Shown: in pieces, positions 23,569 to 34,492 of the stretch
How positions within the stretch are numbered: the stretch's first letter is position 1
Layout of the letters: each line of letters starts with the position of its first letter
Source: Octopus bimaculoides
Lineage: Eukaryota
Assembly: GCF_001194135.2 (NCBI RefSeq)
Contig: NC_068991.1
Location: forward strand, 44,563,123 to 44,600,943
Direction of reading: 5' to 3'
Length of the DNA: 37,821 nucleotides
The notes under the pieces: generated by a model
The model's input: only the letters and a program-made list of their open reading frames with translations
What the model was told of the DNA's origin: nothing
The model's database searches: none
Program-made: the position numbers and the translations under genes

Positions 23569-24783
23569 ATAATGTGGCATAAAAACAAATGGAACATCTG
23601 TTAGAGAATGAGTTCCTTTATATTACAATCATACTTATTAAAATTTTACAGTTTGTCTTTGCAAAGTTAAAATTGCATATTGACATTATTTGTTGTTGTT
23701 GTTATTGTTCTTGTTGTTATTAGTCTTCTATAAGTTATTTGACCAAAAACTTGAAGTTAGAAGTTAGTAATATTATCCCAATTAGATAGATATATTAAAA
23801 GGGTCGTATATATATTTGTTATGAAAATAATCTTTTTTATAGAATTCATTTGTTCATATTTACATGTCAATAAAACTACATCAAATATAATGGAATATTG
23901 ACTTCCTAGTTAGGTACAAGGTGTTTGATAAATAATAAGGAGCATGATTAATAGATTTAATCTTTGTTGATTATTGACTTTTTAGAAATAAAGAATAAAG
24001 TTAATCCTAACAGAACGTGAATGCAGAAATGGAATACAGAAATTACTACAGTAAAACATGGTTATATCCTTTATCATTTTTACCAAGATGGTCAGAGATA
24101 GAATGAGTTAGCTTTAAAAAAAAAATTAGCATTATGGTTTTGATAAAATGAATGAAAGATAAATTCATTTGTGAACTTTGAGATATGAAGTTTAAACAAA
24201 ATATACTTTTAGTTGGTTTAAGGCTACTCAAAACAATTTCATTAAAAAAAGCTTGCAGTTTACAGATACCTATATCCATATTGAAAATAAATGTTCTAGA
24301 ATAGTTTTAAGAAGCTTGATTGAAAAATGTATGTAAAACTTCAAATATATTTTTGTTGGGAAAAAATGCCTTTAAAGGAAGTAAGAGGTAGATTAGCCTA
24401 TCAAGGAATGCAAATCAATGTAACTAAATAGAGAAAAATCCTCCTCAAACTTGAATTCTATCCAATGAGAAATGAATCAGGCTTAATAGAAGTATCCTGT
24501 GTCGTGAATAAATTCATCAAAAATAAAAGGAGGCTAACTATGCCATGATAAAGAAATAATTCAAAAGTCTAGGACTATGAAGCAAAATTGTTAGGTATGG
24601 CTGATGAGAAACAGGTAGTGATAAAATAAAATTTTAATAAATGAAATGTTTAAGCATGAAAATGTTAAAATGAAGATTTTTTTCTAGAATAAAATAGAAA
24701 AACTATTGATTTTGTGGTCAAGGTTTTTTTTTTCTTTGGAATATAAACTTTGCATAAATAAATAATACAATATGAGAGGATAA

Positions 24784-24832
<49 letters not shown>

Positions 24833-25437
24833 TCACATAGCCATTAAATATTATACAAATGTGAATCTATAGCAAAATACTGTTTAATTTTATGGGTGTT
24901 TACCTCAGATAACATCGGAAAGCACTTTTGTGAAATAAGTAGTGTAAAAGAAATGAAAATATATAAAACAGAATTGTTAAAAATTTAATTGAATTACAAT
25001 TCTGTAATTATCATGAAACATTCTTTAGTTTTATTCTATATATTATTTTTCACAAAAGCAATACTTAAGTTAATTATAAAGATAAAATATGAAAGTTGTG
25101 GGCGTGCTTAACCATGATAAATCATATTCATAGATGCAGAAGCATGGATATTCAGATAATGTAAGCATTAAGTACATTTTATATGGCTGCTGGAGTGACA
25201 TACAGACACACATAATTATATATCATACACATGAAACAATATGACGAGTATGTTAACATAAATTAGAGATGTACAGAAATTAGATACCTTACACAATCAT
25301 TTTATACGTATTCTCAATCATATATAAATTACATATATAGTATATATTAAATATAAATACATAACATTTTTTCACTACATATTACAAATGTAATAAATAA
25401 GCAGACATACTCGCACCCACACAAACACACACCTGCA

Positions 25438-25484
<47 letters not shown>

Positions 25485-28400
25485 TAATTATATATAGAAA
25501 TATATATAAAGTGGTAAAAATCTCAAACAATGCAATGTACATTTAATTGCAATGCTAAAAATAATCAGCGTATCAACATTATTTTGATAATGTTTTTAAA
25601 ATGCATTTTACAAACCCTCTATTGTCCAAAAATGGCTGTAAGATATTTTATCAAATATTTCAAGTATTTCTATAATATAAAGTTGTCGTTAAATAAATGA
25701 ATTTAACAAAATGTTTGACAATTCCTCTACATACATTTTAACTAAAACCAAATAATTAAGTCTGATTTGCAAACATATAAAAAAAATTCTTAAAGTATTT
25801 AACATTAAATAGCTAAAAGAGTGGGACATGGACTAATTTAGAACTTAATATTTAATGATATTCACATTTTCCCCTGTTGTTCTTTGACATAAAACTGTCT
25901 ATTTTAAACTACTTATATTCAAATTAAAACTTCCCATCATAATTTTATATAAGAACTTTTTGTTAAGTTATTTCTAAGCGGTTACATTGATTATTTGTGC
26001 ATGTACAGCTTAGGGAAAAAATTTACCTGATGATATTTGCAAGTACATTCCTCTAAAATATAAACATGGCTATAGTAACCAGAACAGTAAAAAATATTCA
26101 TGTTTCACATGTTTCATCTATATTTATTCTGGTGTTATACAAAGTGGTTAGGATCTGGATATATGAGCATTATCTTCAATGACTAAGTAATGTTGACTGA
26201 TGACATGATAAAGTTTTTAATTTCATCACGCTTGAGATCAAAGAATGACTTGTGTGTCAAGAAAACAGCAAAGCAATAACCTCATTGAAAATATAATTTA
26301 AGTGAAAAATGTATTTAAGCCTTTTTTAGAAAAAAAAAGTACATGCATGTGTGAATATGAATCAATATTATTTATAGTGTGATATTATTTACAAGATATA
26401 TGTAGGGCTGCAATATCCCAATGTGTTTTTTCCATATTTATAACAGTAGGATAGGATTTGAGGGATATTTGGCTGCTACTTCTAGCAAATTGAGTGTTCA
26501 TGTGAGAAGCTCCCTCATTATAGTGTAACACAGTAACAAAATGCTGTTAGAGTATCTTAGGATGTGGAGTGCTTACATATCTACATCAATTAAAAGCCCA
26601 AATAAAGAAGCATGAAAGAGACTAAGATTATTTGTAGGACATATTTCTGAGAATTCTTCAAGTGGGCATTCATGAGTCTTGGAGAGTTCTATGATTGTAA
26701 GAAGACTGTTATTCCTTTTATGAATCAGAAACATATTAAATGTAGGAAAACAAACTAATTATCAGCCACAGATGAAATCTTTCTACATTTTTTTCTTAGA
26801 GAATAAAAAAATAAAATGATTCTATTGCACTTAAAGTATTAAGGATAATCTATTTTAAAGTTAAATATTCTATTAATTATGCAAATTGCTAATCCTTATA
26901 ATATAAAAAAATAAAAAGTAATGAAATCCAATTTCAGATTATGATAAAATAGTCTTAAGCTAATTACTTCATAAACTATCAAACAATGATTGGTATCAGG
27001 TAAATTGGAGACAAATAAACTTCGTTACAACTTTTTATCTTTACTAACCATTTTGAAGGACAATAGATATCTGAAGTTTACTGAAGTAAACTTGCTGTCA
27101 ATTAAGAATGTTAGAGTTAAAATTTGCAATGATAATTTTAAGTCAAAACAAATAAAAATCTTCATAGGCCCTCCTCCAGAACTAAACTCATACCAAATCT
27201 TCAAGGAATATAACATTTCTTTTTCTCTTTAATCTTAACTTTAAATTTTCAACTTTTATTGTTTACCTCAAACCAGAATCTTTTAAATTAGTTCATGAAA
27301 GAAATTCCTGAAAAAAAACACAGCATCTTGATAAAACACAAAATGAATTCCTNNNNNNNNNNNNNNNNNNNNNNNNNNNNNNNNNNNNNNNNNNNNNNNN
27401 NNNNNNNNNNNNNNNNNNNNNNNNNNNNNNNNNNNNNNNNNNNNNNNNNNNNNNNNNNNNNNNNNNNNNNNNNNNNNNNNNNNNNNNNNNNNNNNNNNNN
27501 NNNNNNNNNNNNNNNNNNNNNNNNNNNNNNNNNNNNNNNNNNNNNNNNNNNNNNNNNNNNNNNNNNNNNNNNNNNNNNNNNNNNNNNNNNNNNNNNNNNN
27601 NNNNNNNNNNNNNNNNNNNNNNNNNNNNNNNNNNNNNNNNNNNNNNNNNNNNNNNNNNNNNNNNNNNNNNNNNNNNNNNNNNNNNNNNNNNNNNNNNNNN
27701 NNNNNNNNNNNNNNNNNNNNNNNNNNNNNNNNNNNNNNNNNNNNNNNNNNNNNNNNNNNNNNNNNNNNNNNNNNNNNNATATATATATATATATATATAT
27801 AGTAGGAGCAATAATAATAAATATATGCTAATATTTAATTTTAATCACATGGTAATAAAATAAAAATAATTTTGTTTTATGAAATCCTTTGGATATATTG
27901 AGAAAGGTACACTTAAAGCAAGGCTGTGTTGACAGAGGGGTGCAACAATATCTGGATAGTATTGGAAGCCCAACTGGATAGTAGGTGTGTAGGAACCATG
28001 AAAAAATGCAAACAATTTTATTAAGAACTAAATTTAAAAACCTATGGATAAAATATTGCATAAAATATAGATAAAATACAATTTTGCTTTCAGAAGGTGT
28101 TTAGATGATGAACATATTTTGCAGCTACAAGTGTTTCTGAAAATGTTCTTATTTTTCATTTTCTTGGAAGATTATTCAGTTTATCCAGTAATTTTATTAA
28201 AAAGAAAAAAACAAGTATCTGAATATGAAGAATTTGAGCAAGACCGTTTCAGAAGAGAATTTTGGATGAAGAGTGTCTGATTTAATGATGGTAGATTTCT
28301 GGTCTGGTAATGACAATAGATAATATGATATTGTCAGGTGTCTGGCTCATTCTAATTATAGGTGCATGTTTGCTGCATTCTAATAATGATGGCCTGATGT

Positions 28401-29360
28401 CCTTGAGGTGTTTGGTCACTCAATATAGGATTTTTGATTGAAATAAATCTCAACTCTTCTTTAGCATTTATTGCCTGATTAGATTATTATCCTGTTGTCC
28501 TATAATCTCTTTTTACATGAGTTTTCAAATGAGAGAAAGATAAATAGAGAAATAGCATTGAAGACAGAGAGAGGAAACAAGATATAGAGAAAAAGACTGA
28601 GAATAAGAAAGACAGATGAGGAACAGGTAAGACAGATTAATAACAAATTGAAAGAGAGAATGATAATAGCCTTGACTATATCTATTTATTCCTTCATATT
28701 AAATATAAAGATGATTTTTCACTGAAGGTATCAAAGATATCTTTGTATGATATATTGCAAGACTTTCTTTGGATAAAAGGAAACAAGAAAAGAGGAAACA
28801 GAAAGAATTTAAAGACCTCAGTTATCAGTAGCTTGCTGACTTATTCATTGTCTCTTTTATCTTATTGTAAAAGAAATATTTCTGTCTTACAGTATAAATA
28901 AATATAAATGTAAGCTTAATTAGTATTGGAACAACACCAACAACAACAACAATGGCAACAAGGTACAAGGAAATGCCAAGCTCAAAGCAAAACATTACAT
29001 CTCCAAAGGAAATAGTATTTGACATGAAGGAAAAAGCTAATCCTTTATTATTAGAGTTGGTTTGCATTAAGTATAGAAACAAAAGAAATGAGCATCAATG
29101 AATGACTCAAGATACACTTACAACAGAAGCAAATGACTTATTTCTAGGTTTTATAATATTTCTAAAATTTTCATTGTGTTAAATTAGTATCTTTTACAAA
29201 TTTACAGAAGTTGGAGTCACACACACACATGTATATATATATATATATATATATATNNNNNNNNNNCTAAAGATAGTTATGGCTGGTCATCTTTATCTAA
29301 TTACTCTACTGCTCTATAACTAAGAGTATGTTTCTCTTTCGGATTTATGATTTACTGAGG

Positions 29361-29414
<54 letters not shown>

Positions 29415-29687
29415 CAAAGTTGTTTTCTTCCACACAGGTAGAAATATACAAAAAAGAAGTTGAAAATTCACTGGAATTTGTTTAGATTTTTTATTTTTAA
29501 AGACTTAATAAGTTTCACATATTTCTCTGATTTCCAAACGTTGAGATAGAAAGATTTAGTGCTATGCTACAACTGTCTCGTAGTATAACAGTGAAACTGG
29601 TTAAATCTTTAAAAATATAAAATCTAAATGAATCCCAGTGCATTTTCACCTTCAGTTTTTTTTTATATTTCTAAATATATATATTAT

Positions 29688-30958
29688 ATTATAACTGAGA
29701 GGTTCCAATTTCCAATGTTCAGAGTTAGTTACTTGTCTCCGATCATCAATTGGTAAACTAAGCTTGCTTTTCTTTTGAAATATTTGCTGTTTGAATATTT
29801 TTTGAAATATGAAATGTAAATTTGAAGAAAACACTTACCTGTACATTCTTTTGTTTCAAAACGTTTGTTAGTGACACACGCAAAAATGGCTGCTGTTTTT
29901 GATTTCATTTCTGGTTCTCATGGTAATATTATAGACATCTTAAACTTCACATGAGTGAAGCCAATCTAATAACTATTCTCATGAAATTGCATTGTTGTTT
30001 ATGTAATATTTTAAAGTAATACTTTTAAGTAATGTTTTTAATAAATACTTTTTAAATTAATGTTTTTTTACAAACAATGAATGTGTATGTGTGTGCTCAT
30101 TTTGCATGCAGCTGTGCAAACATATACATATATATATATACATATGTACACTCAAATACAAATACATACACAGAATTATATATGCATGTGTACATAAACA
30201 TATATGCATATATACACATATAGACAGGCAGCCACACATATTAAAGCATTTATCAATAAAACACATTAATTAAACTTTTTAAAATCAACTTTTTTTCCTG
30301 CACCAGAATAAAATTCAAGGAGACTTGTATCTACATATGAAATACTTAGCCATGTGATTTCAAAATGTTTAATGAATATGTTTTATTGATATTAATATGC
30401 TTTAATATGTGTGGGTGCATGTCTATGTGTGTATATGCATATATATGCACATGTGTATGTGTATGCTTGCAGATATAATTATGTGTACATTTGTGTCTAT
30501 GAGTGTGCATATGTGTATATGCATGCATCTGCCTGGCCACATGCAAAATAAACACACACATACACATTCATTGTTTTTAAAAAACAAATTAAATATTCAT
30601 TAAAAGTATGAATTATAAATATTACTTTAAAACGTTACTCAAACAACAACACAATTTCATGAGTATAGTTGTTAGATTGACTTTGCTTATATGAAGTTTA
30701 AAACATTTATAATATTACCATAAGAACTAGAAATGAAATCAAAAACATGAGCTTGAGGTAGCTAATTTTGCCTGTGTTACTCACAAAGGTTTTTAAACAA
30801 AAGAATATAACGATAAACGTTTTCTTCAAACTTTCATTTCATATTTCAAAAAATATTCAACGAGTGAATATTTTAAAAGAAGAACAAGCTTAGTTATCAG
30901 CTGATGATCAGAGATGAGTAATTCTGAGTATTGAAAATTGGAGCCTTTCAGTTATAAT
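29688..30958. repeat. Long imperfect inverted repeat / foldback element, arms ~29688-30287 and ~30355-30958, loop ~67 nt
   Basis: Manual alignment of 29894-30000 against the reverse complement of 30641-30747 gives 92/107 identical with no gaps. Homology is continuous from attataactga (29688) / tcagttataat (30958) inward to aaaatca / tgatttc. Confidence 0.93.
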
Positions 30959-31022
30959 GTATTAAAGAATACTCTACATCTGTGTTGAGTCCTGTAATTT
31001 ATGACTTCTGGTGAATCAACAG

Positions 31023-31065
<43 letters not shown>

Positions 31066-31748
31066 CGTATGTATGTTTATGCATACACACACACACACAC
31101 ACATATATATTCATTTTTCCATATATATATATATATATATATATANNNNNNNNNNNNNNNNNNNNNNNNNNNNNNNNNNNNNNNNNNNNNNNNNNNNNNN
31201 NNNNNNNNNNNNNNNNNNNNNNNNNNNNNNNNNNNNNNNNNNNNNNNNNNNNNNNNNNNNNNNNNNNNNNNNNNNNNNNNNNNNNNNNNNNNNNNNNNNN
31301 NNNNNNNNNNNNNNNNNNNNNNNNNNNNNNNNNNNNNNNNNNNNNNNNNNNNNNNNNNNNNNNNNNNNNNNNNNNNNNNNNNNNNNNNNNNNNNNNNNNN
31401 NNNNNNNNNNNNNNNNNNNNNNNNNNNNNNNNNNNNNNNNNNNNNNNNNNNNNNNNNNNNNNNNNNNNNNNNNNNNNNNNNNNNNNNNNNNNNNNNNNNN
31501 NNNNNNNNNNNNNNNNNNNNNNNNNNNNNNNNNNNNNNNNNNNNNNNNNNNNNNNNNNNNNNNNNNNNNNNNNNNNNNNNNNNNNNNNNNNNNNNNNNNN
31601 NNNNNNNNNNNNNNNNNNNNNNNNNNNNNNNNNNNNNNNNNNNNNNNNNNNNNNNNNNNNNNNNNNNNNNNNNNNNNNNNNNNNNNNNNNNNNNNNNNNN
31701 NNNNNNNNNNNNNNNNNNNNNNNNNNNNNNNNNNNNNNNNNNNNNNNN

Positions 31749-31799
<51 letters not shown>

Positions 31800-31837
31800 C
31801 ATGTATACATGTATACATCCACACACACACATACATA

Positions 31838-33100
31838 TTGGGTTTGCTAAAAAGTCCATTCAGTTTTTTAAGTGAAAATAAGACACAAGTTACAAGTTTT
31901 AAACCCAAAACAGTTTATTTAATCAATGATATAATTACCATTTTGTTCAAGTATCTTCTGCCATCTTTAAGGCAGATCTATTATTCCCTGCCCAAAGAAT
32001 TTCCTATCTTTATTGGTAACAAATGTTTCTGGATGAATTTTTACATCCTCTTCAGAATTGAAGGTTTGTCCATTCAGTGAATTTTGAAGAGACCAAAACA
32101 GGTAGAAATCTGAAGGCATAAGGTCAGGAGAATATGGAGGATATGGCAAAACTTCCCAGCTAAATCTCAGCTAAAATTCTGCTGTGTCTGCAAAGAAGTG
32201 TGTGGTCTAGTATTGTTATAATGAAAGATAATGCCCTTATGATTAATGAGTGCTGGATGCTTCTGGTGGATTGCCACATTTAATTTGTCCAGCTGGTCAC
32301 AGTACACATCTATATTGATGGTCCTGTCCATGGGGGAGAAGTTCATAAAAGACACCACCATTTCAATCCTATCAAATTGAAAGCATAACCTTCTTTGGGT
32401 GAAGTCCTGCTTTGAAGGTTGTTTGTGATGGTTTGCTGTGCTTTCCCTATGATCATTTATACTTCACATTGTTACAGACAATCCACTTTTAAACTCGTTA
32501 TCATTTTCTTCAAAAAAGAATTGTGTTCTTCACATTTCTACAATGGTTTGCAGACGGAAATCTGCTAGGTGAGGTTAGCCACATTTAATTGATGTGAAAC
32601 CCGAATATCAAGCCAGCTGAAATAACCAAGTTGATGTAGATGGTTTTCACAATTTGGATAGTTGAGGAATATCTGCAACCATCCAGGTTGTATAACAGGG
32701 ATCGGTGTTACTGTTAATTTCAGTTGGCTGGCCAGAGCCAGGTGCATTTTGAACCGAAAGATTTCCTGACTGAAATCTTCAAAACCATTTCTGGCACACA
32801 TGTTCCATAACAGAATCCTCTCTGTACACAGAACATATCTTCCTGCAGGTTTCTGCCACTTTTTCCCTTTTTTTTAAATATAAAAGTATGAGGTATCAAT
32901 AATATTTGTTTTGGTTCTCCATTTTCAGGGTGATTTGAAGCACACAGAATACAATCTGTCCTATCATAAGTTTGCATTGAACTACATTTCACCTATCTAA
33001 CAAGTGTGCATGTGCACGGGGTAGATTGAAGTTAGTTACTTGTTGGAGTACTTGAAGTTTAGTGTTGACAAAAACTGAACAGACTTTTTGGCCAACCCAA
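31838..33100 (-). mobile_element. Full-length mariner (DD34D), 1263 bp, TIRs + TA TSD; transposase pseudogene ~32922-31919
   Basis: TA|TTGGGTTTGCTAAAAAGTCCATTCAGTTTT matches the reverse complement of the right end TTGGGTTGGCCAAAAAGTCTGTTCAGTTTT. Motifs are YPPYSPDLMPSDFYLFWSLQNSLNG, IIFHYNNTRPHTS and C-terminal GNYIID*. Frameshifted. Confidence 0.93.
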
Positions 33101-33545
33101 TATACACATACATACACACACAACTACTTTTTACCGAAATATCTAAAACTAAGAAATATAAGTCATGTCAGTTTACAAAAGGTAGTATGAAGAAAATTTA
33201 GATTAAAAATATATATTTAAAATCCTATATTCATTATATTACTTACAGACATTTGGAAAAGAAATGAAAGAAAGAAAGTAGATATGAGGGAGAAAAAGAG
33301 AATGAAAGGGACAGATAAAAACATCAGATGGAGAAAGTTACATACATATAAATACAGGAAAAGCAAAGAGGTATAGAAATAGTGAAAGAGAGAAAGAAAC
33401 AAATCCAAAACATAATGAAAATAAAGAGAGTGAAAGAAAAGAGAAATAGCCAGATTAATAGAGGGAGAAATATACATACATGTGTACACAAACCTATGTA
33501 TATATATCTCTCTCTCTCTATATAAATATGTATGTAGATATATCT

Positions 33546-33553
<8 letters not shown>

Positions 33554-33590
<37 letters not shown>
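33554..33590. repeat. (AG)n microsatellite within a purine-rich tract (~33250-33650)
   Basis: Seen directly. Confidence 0.9.
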
Positions 33591-34021
33591 AGAGGGAAAG
33601 AAAGAAAGAGTGAAGGTAGAAAAGAGGAGAGACAGAAAGAAAGATATCAAAGAGATTTTAAAAAACCCCTGAGAAATGACATTGATGGGAAAAGAAAAAT
33701 GACATTGATAAACTAAAATTGTTTAAGTTTCAAGATTCAGATATAAAAAGTATCCCATGGAGCATATCAGCTGTTTTGTTGTTAATTCTGAAAGTCAATT
33801 ATTGTGTATTGGCCATGATTCCACACATAACAATAATACTCAATGCCATAGCAGAAAAGTTCAAAAGATGATCAACACCCATGTAAACAATGAAAGCTGA
33901 AATTTGTTGAAAGAAAAAATGATACAGAATTTACATAGAAAGGCAAAGGAGTGGTTTATTATCTGGAGGAGAACCCTAACCTGTTCTTTGTAGTCATGAT
34001 ATGAAAAGTTGAGGCACTTAC

Positions 34022-34492
34022 ATTGTCTTCCAGCTTTGTCTTGTCTACGACAACTTCAGGTAGTAAATGGGATCCGCGTCTCTTACCCCAGTTCCAAGGG
34101 TTGTCTAATTTTCCTTCTTTAAATTTTAGTGGATCCCCTGATGATTGTTGCGAGTGTCTGCTTGTATGAGATGTTCGACTAATTTGTGACGCATAACTAC
34201 TACGCCTTGATGATAATCTCCCATCAACATGGGACCATCTGCGTTGGTGAGACAAAAAACTAGATCGCCTACCATTGAGAACACTTTTTAAGGGTAGGTT
34301 GCATAAATCGTCTGATGTTGGCGTGACTGCATTCGAGTCATCTGCAAACGGTAAATTAAGATTCTCCAAATAATGAGGCATAAGCGGTTGCCGATCATTA
34401 GCACGGGTATTTTTTACTTTCCTCCAAGAGAGCTGACTGGTTTTGCTGCCACGCCGAAGAGGGAACGGTGAGCCAGGCAAACTTAAGCTGGC
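34022..34492 (-). CDS. para: Voltage-gated sodium channel alpha subunit (Nav1/para ortholog), domain I-II linker exon, 157 codons, phase 0-0
   Basis: Translates ASLSLPGSPFPLRRGSK...DRQPLMPHYLENLNLPFADDSNAVTP...SRRSSYASQISRTSHTS...LLPEVVVDKTKLEDN. This matches insect para motifs as recalled (SLSLPGSPF.RRGS, DRKPL...LPYADDSNAVTP, SRHSSYTSH.SRISYTS). Acceptor ctctcccatttcag|GCC and donor AAT|gtaagt are canonical. Confidence 0.95.

Larger units (their letters stand above)
2166..31748. other. Assembly gaps at 2166-2331, 8391-8904, 27353-27778, 29257-29266, 31146-31748, mostly abutting (TA)n tracts
   Basis: N runs seen directly. Confidence 0.98.
10487..34021 (-). other. Intron of Nav1 gene (23,535 nt, GT-AG, phase 0)
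   Basis: Bounded by the donor at 34021 and the acceptor at 10487. No further Nav-like coding segment was found by manual scan, though gaps could hide optional exons. Confidence 0.8.

Noticed and set aside
26030-26055. 26-nt minus-strand exon-like segment (ttttag|AGG...CAG|gtaaat)
   Set aside because: Not frame-preserving, no homology, and expected by chance in AT-rich DNA.
29835-29845. Perfect donor-like CAG|gtaagtg on the minus strand
   Set aside because: It lies in the foldback arm, is not preserved in the other arm, and has no open upstream exon with an acceptor.
31001-32080. Long ORFs spanning N runs and microsatellites (also 1997-2443, 8269-9000, 27293-27831, and the CVCV/HTHT/YIYI/NNNN ORFs)
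   Set aside because: Artefacts of gaps and simple repeats.
33959-34021. ORF-track extension VSASTFHIMTTKNRLGFSSR and N-terminal MILTYSLPFQ
   Set aside because: Read-through into intron beyond the canonical splice sites. The alternative AG|gttagg donor would be phase 2 and incompatible with the next exon.
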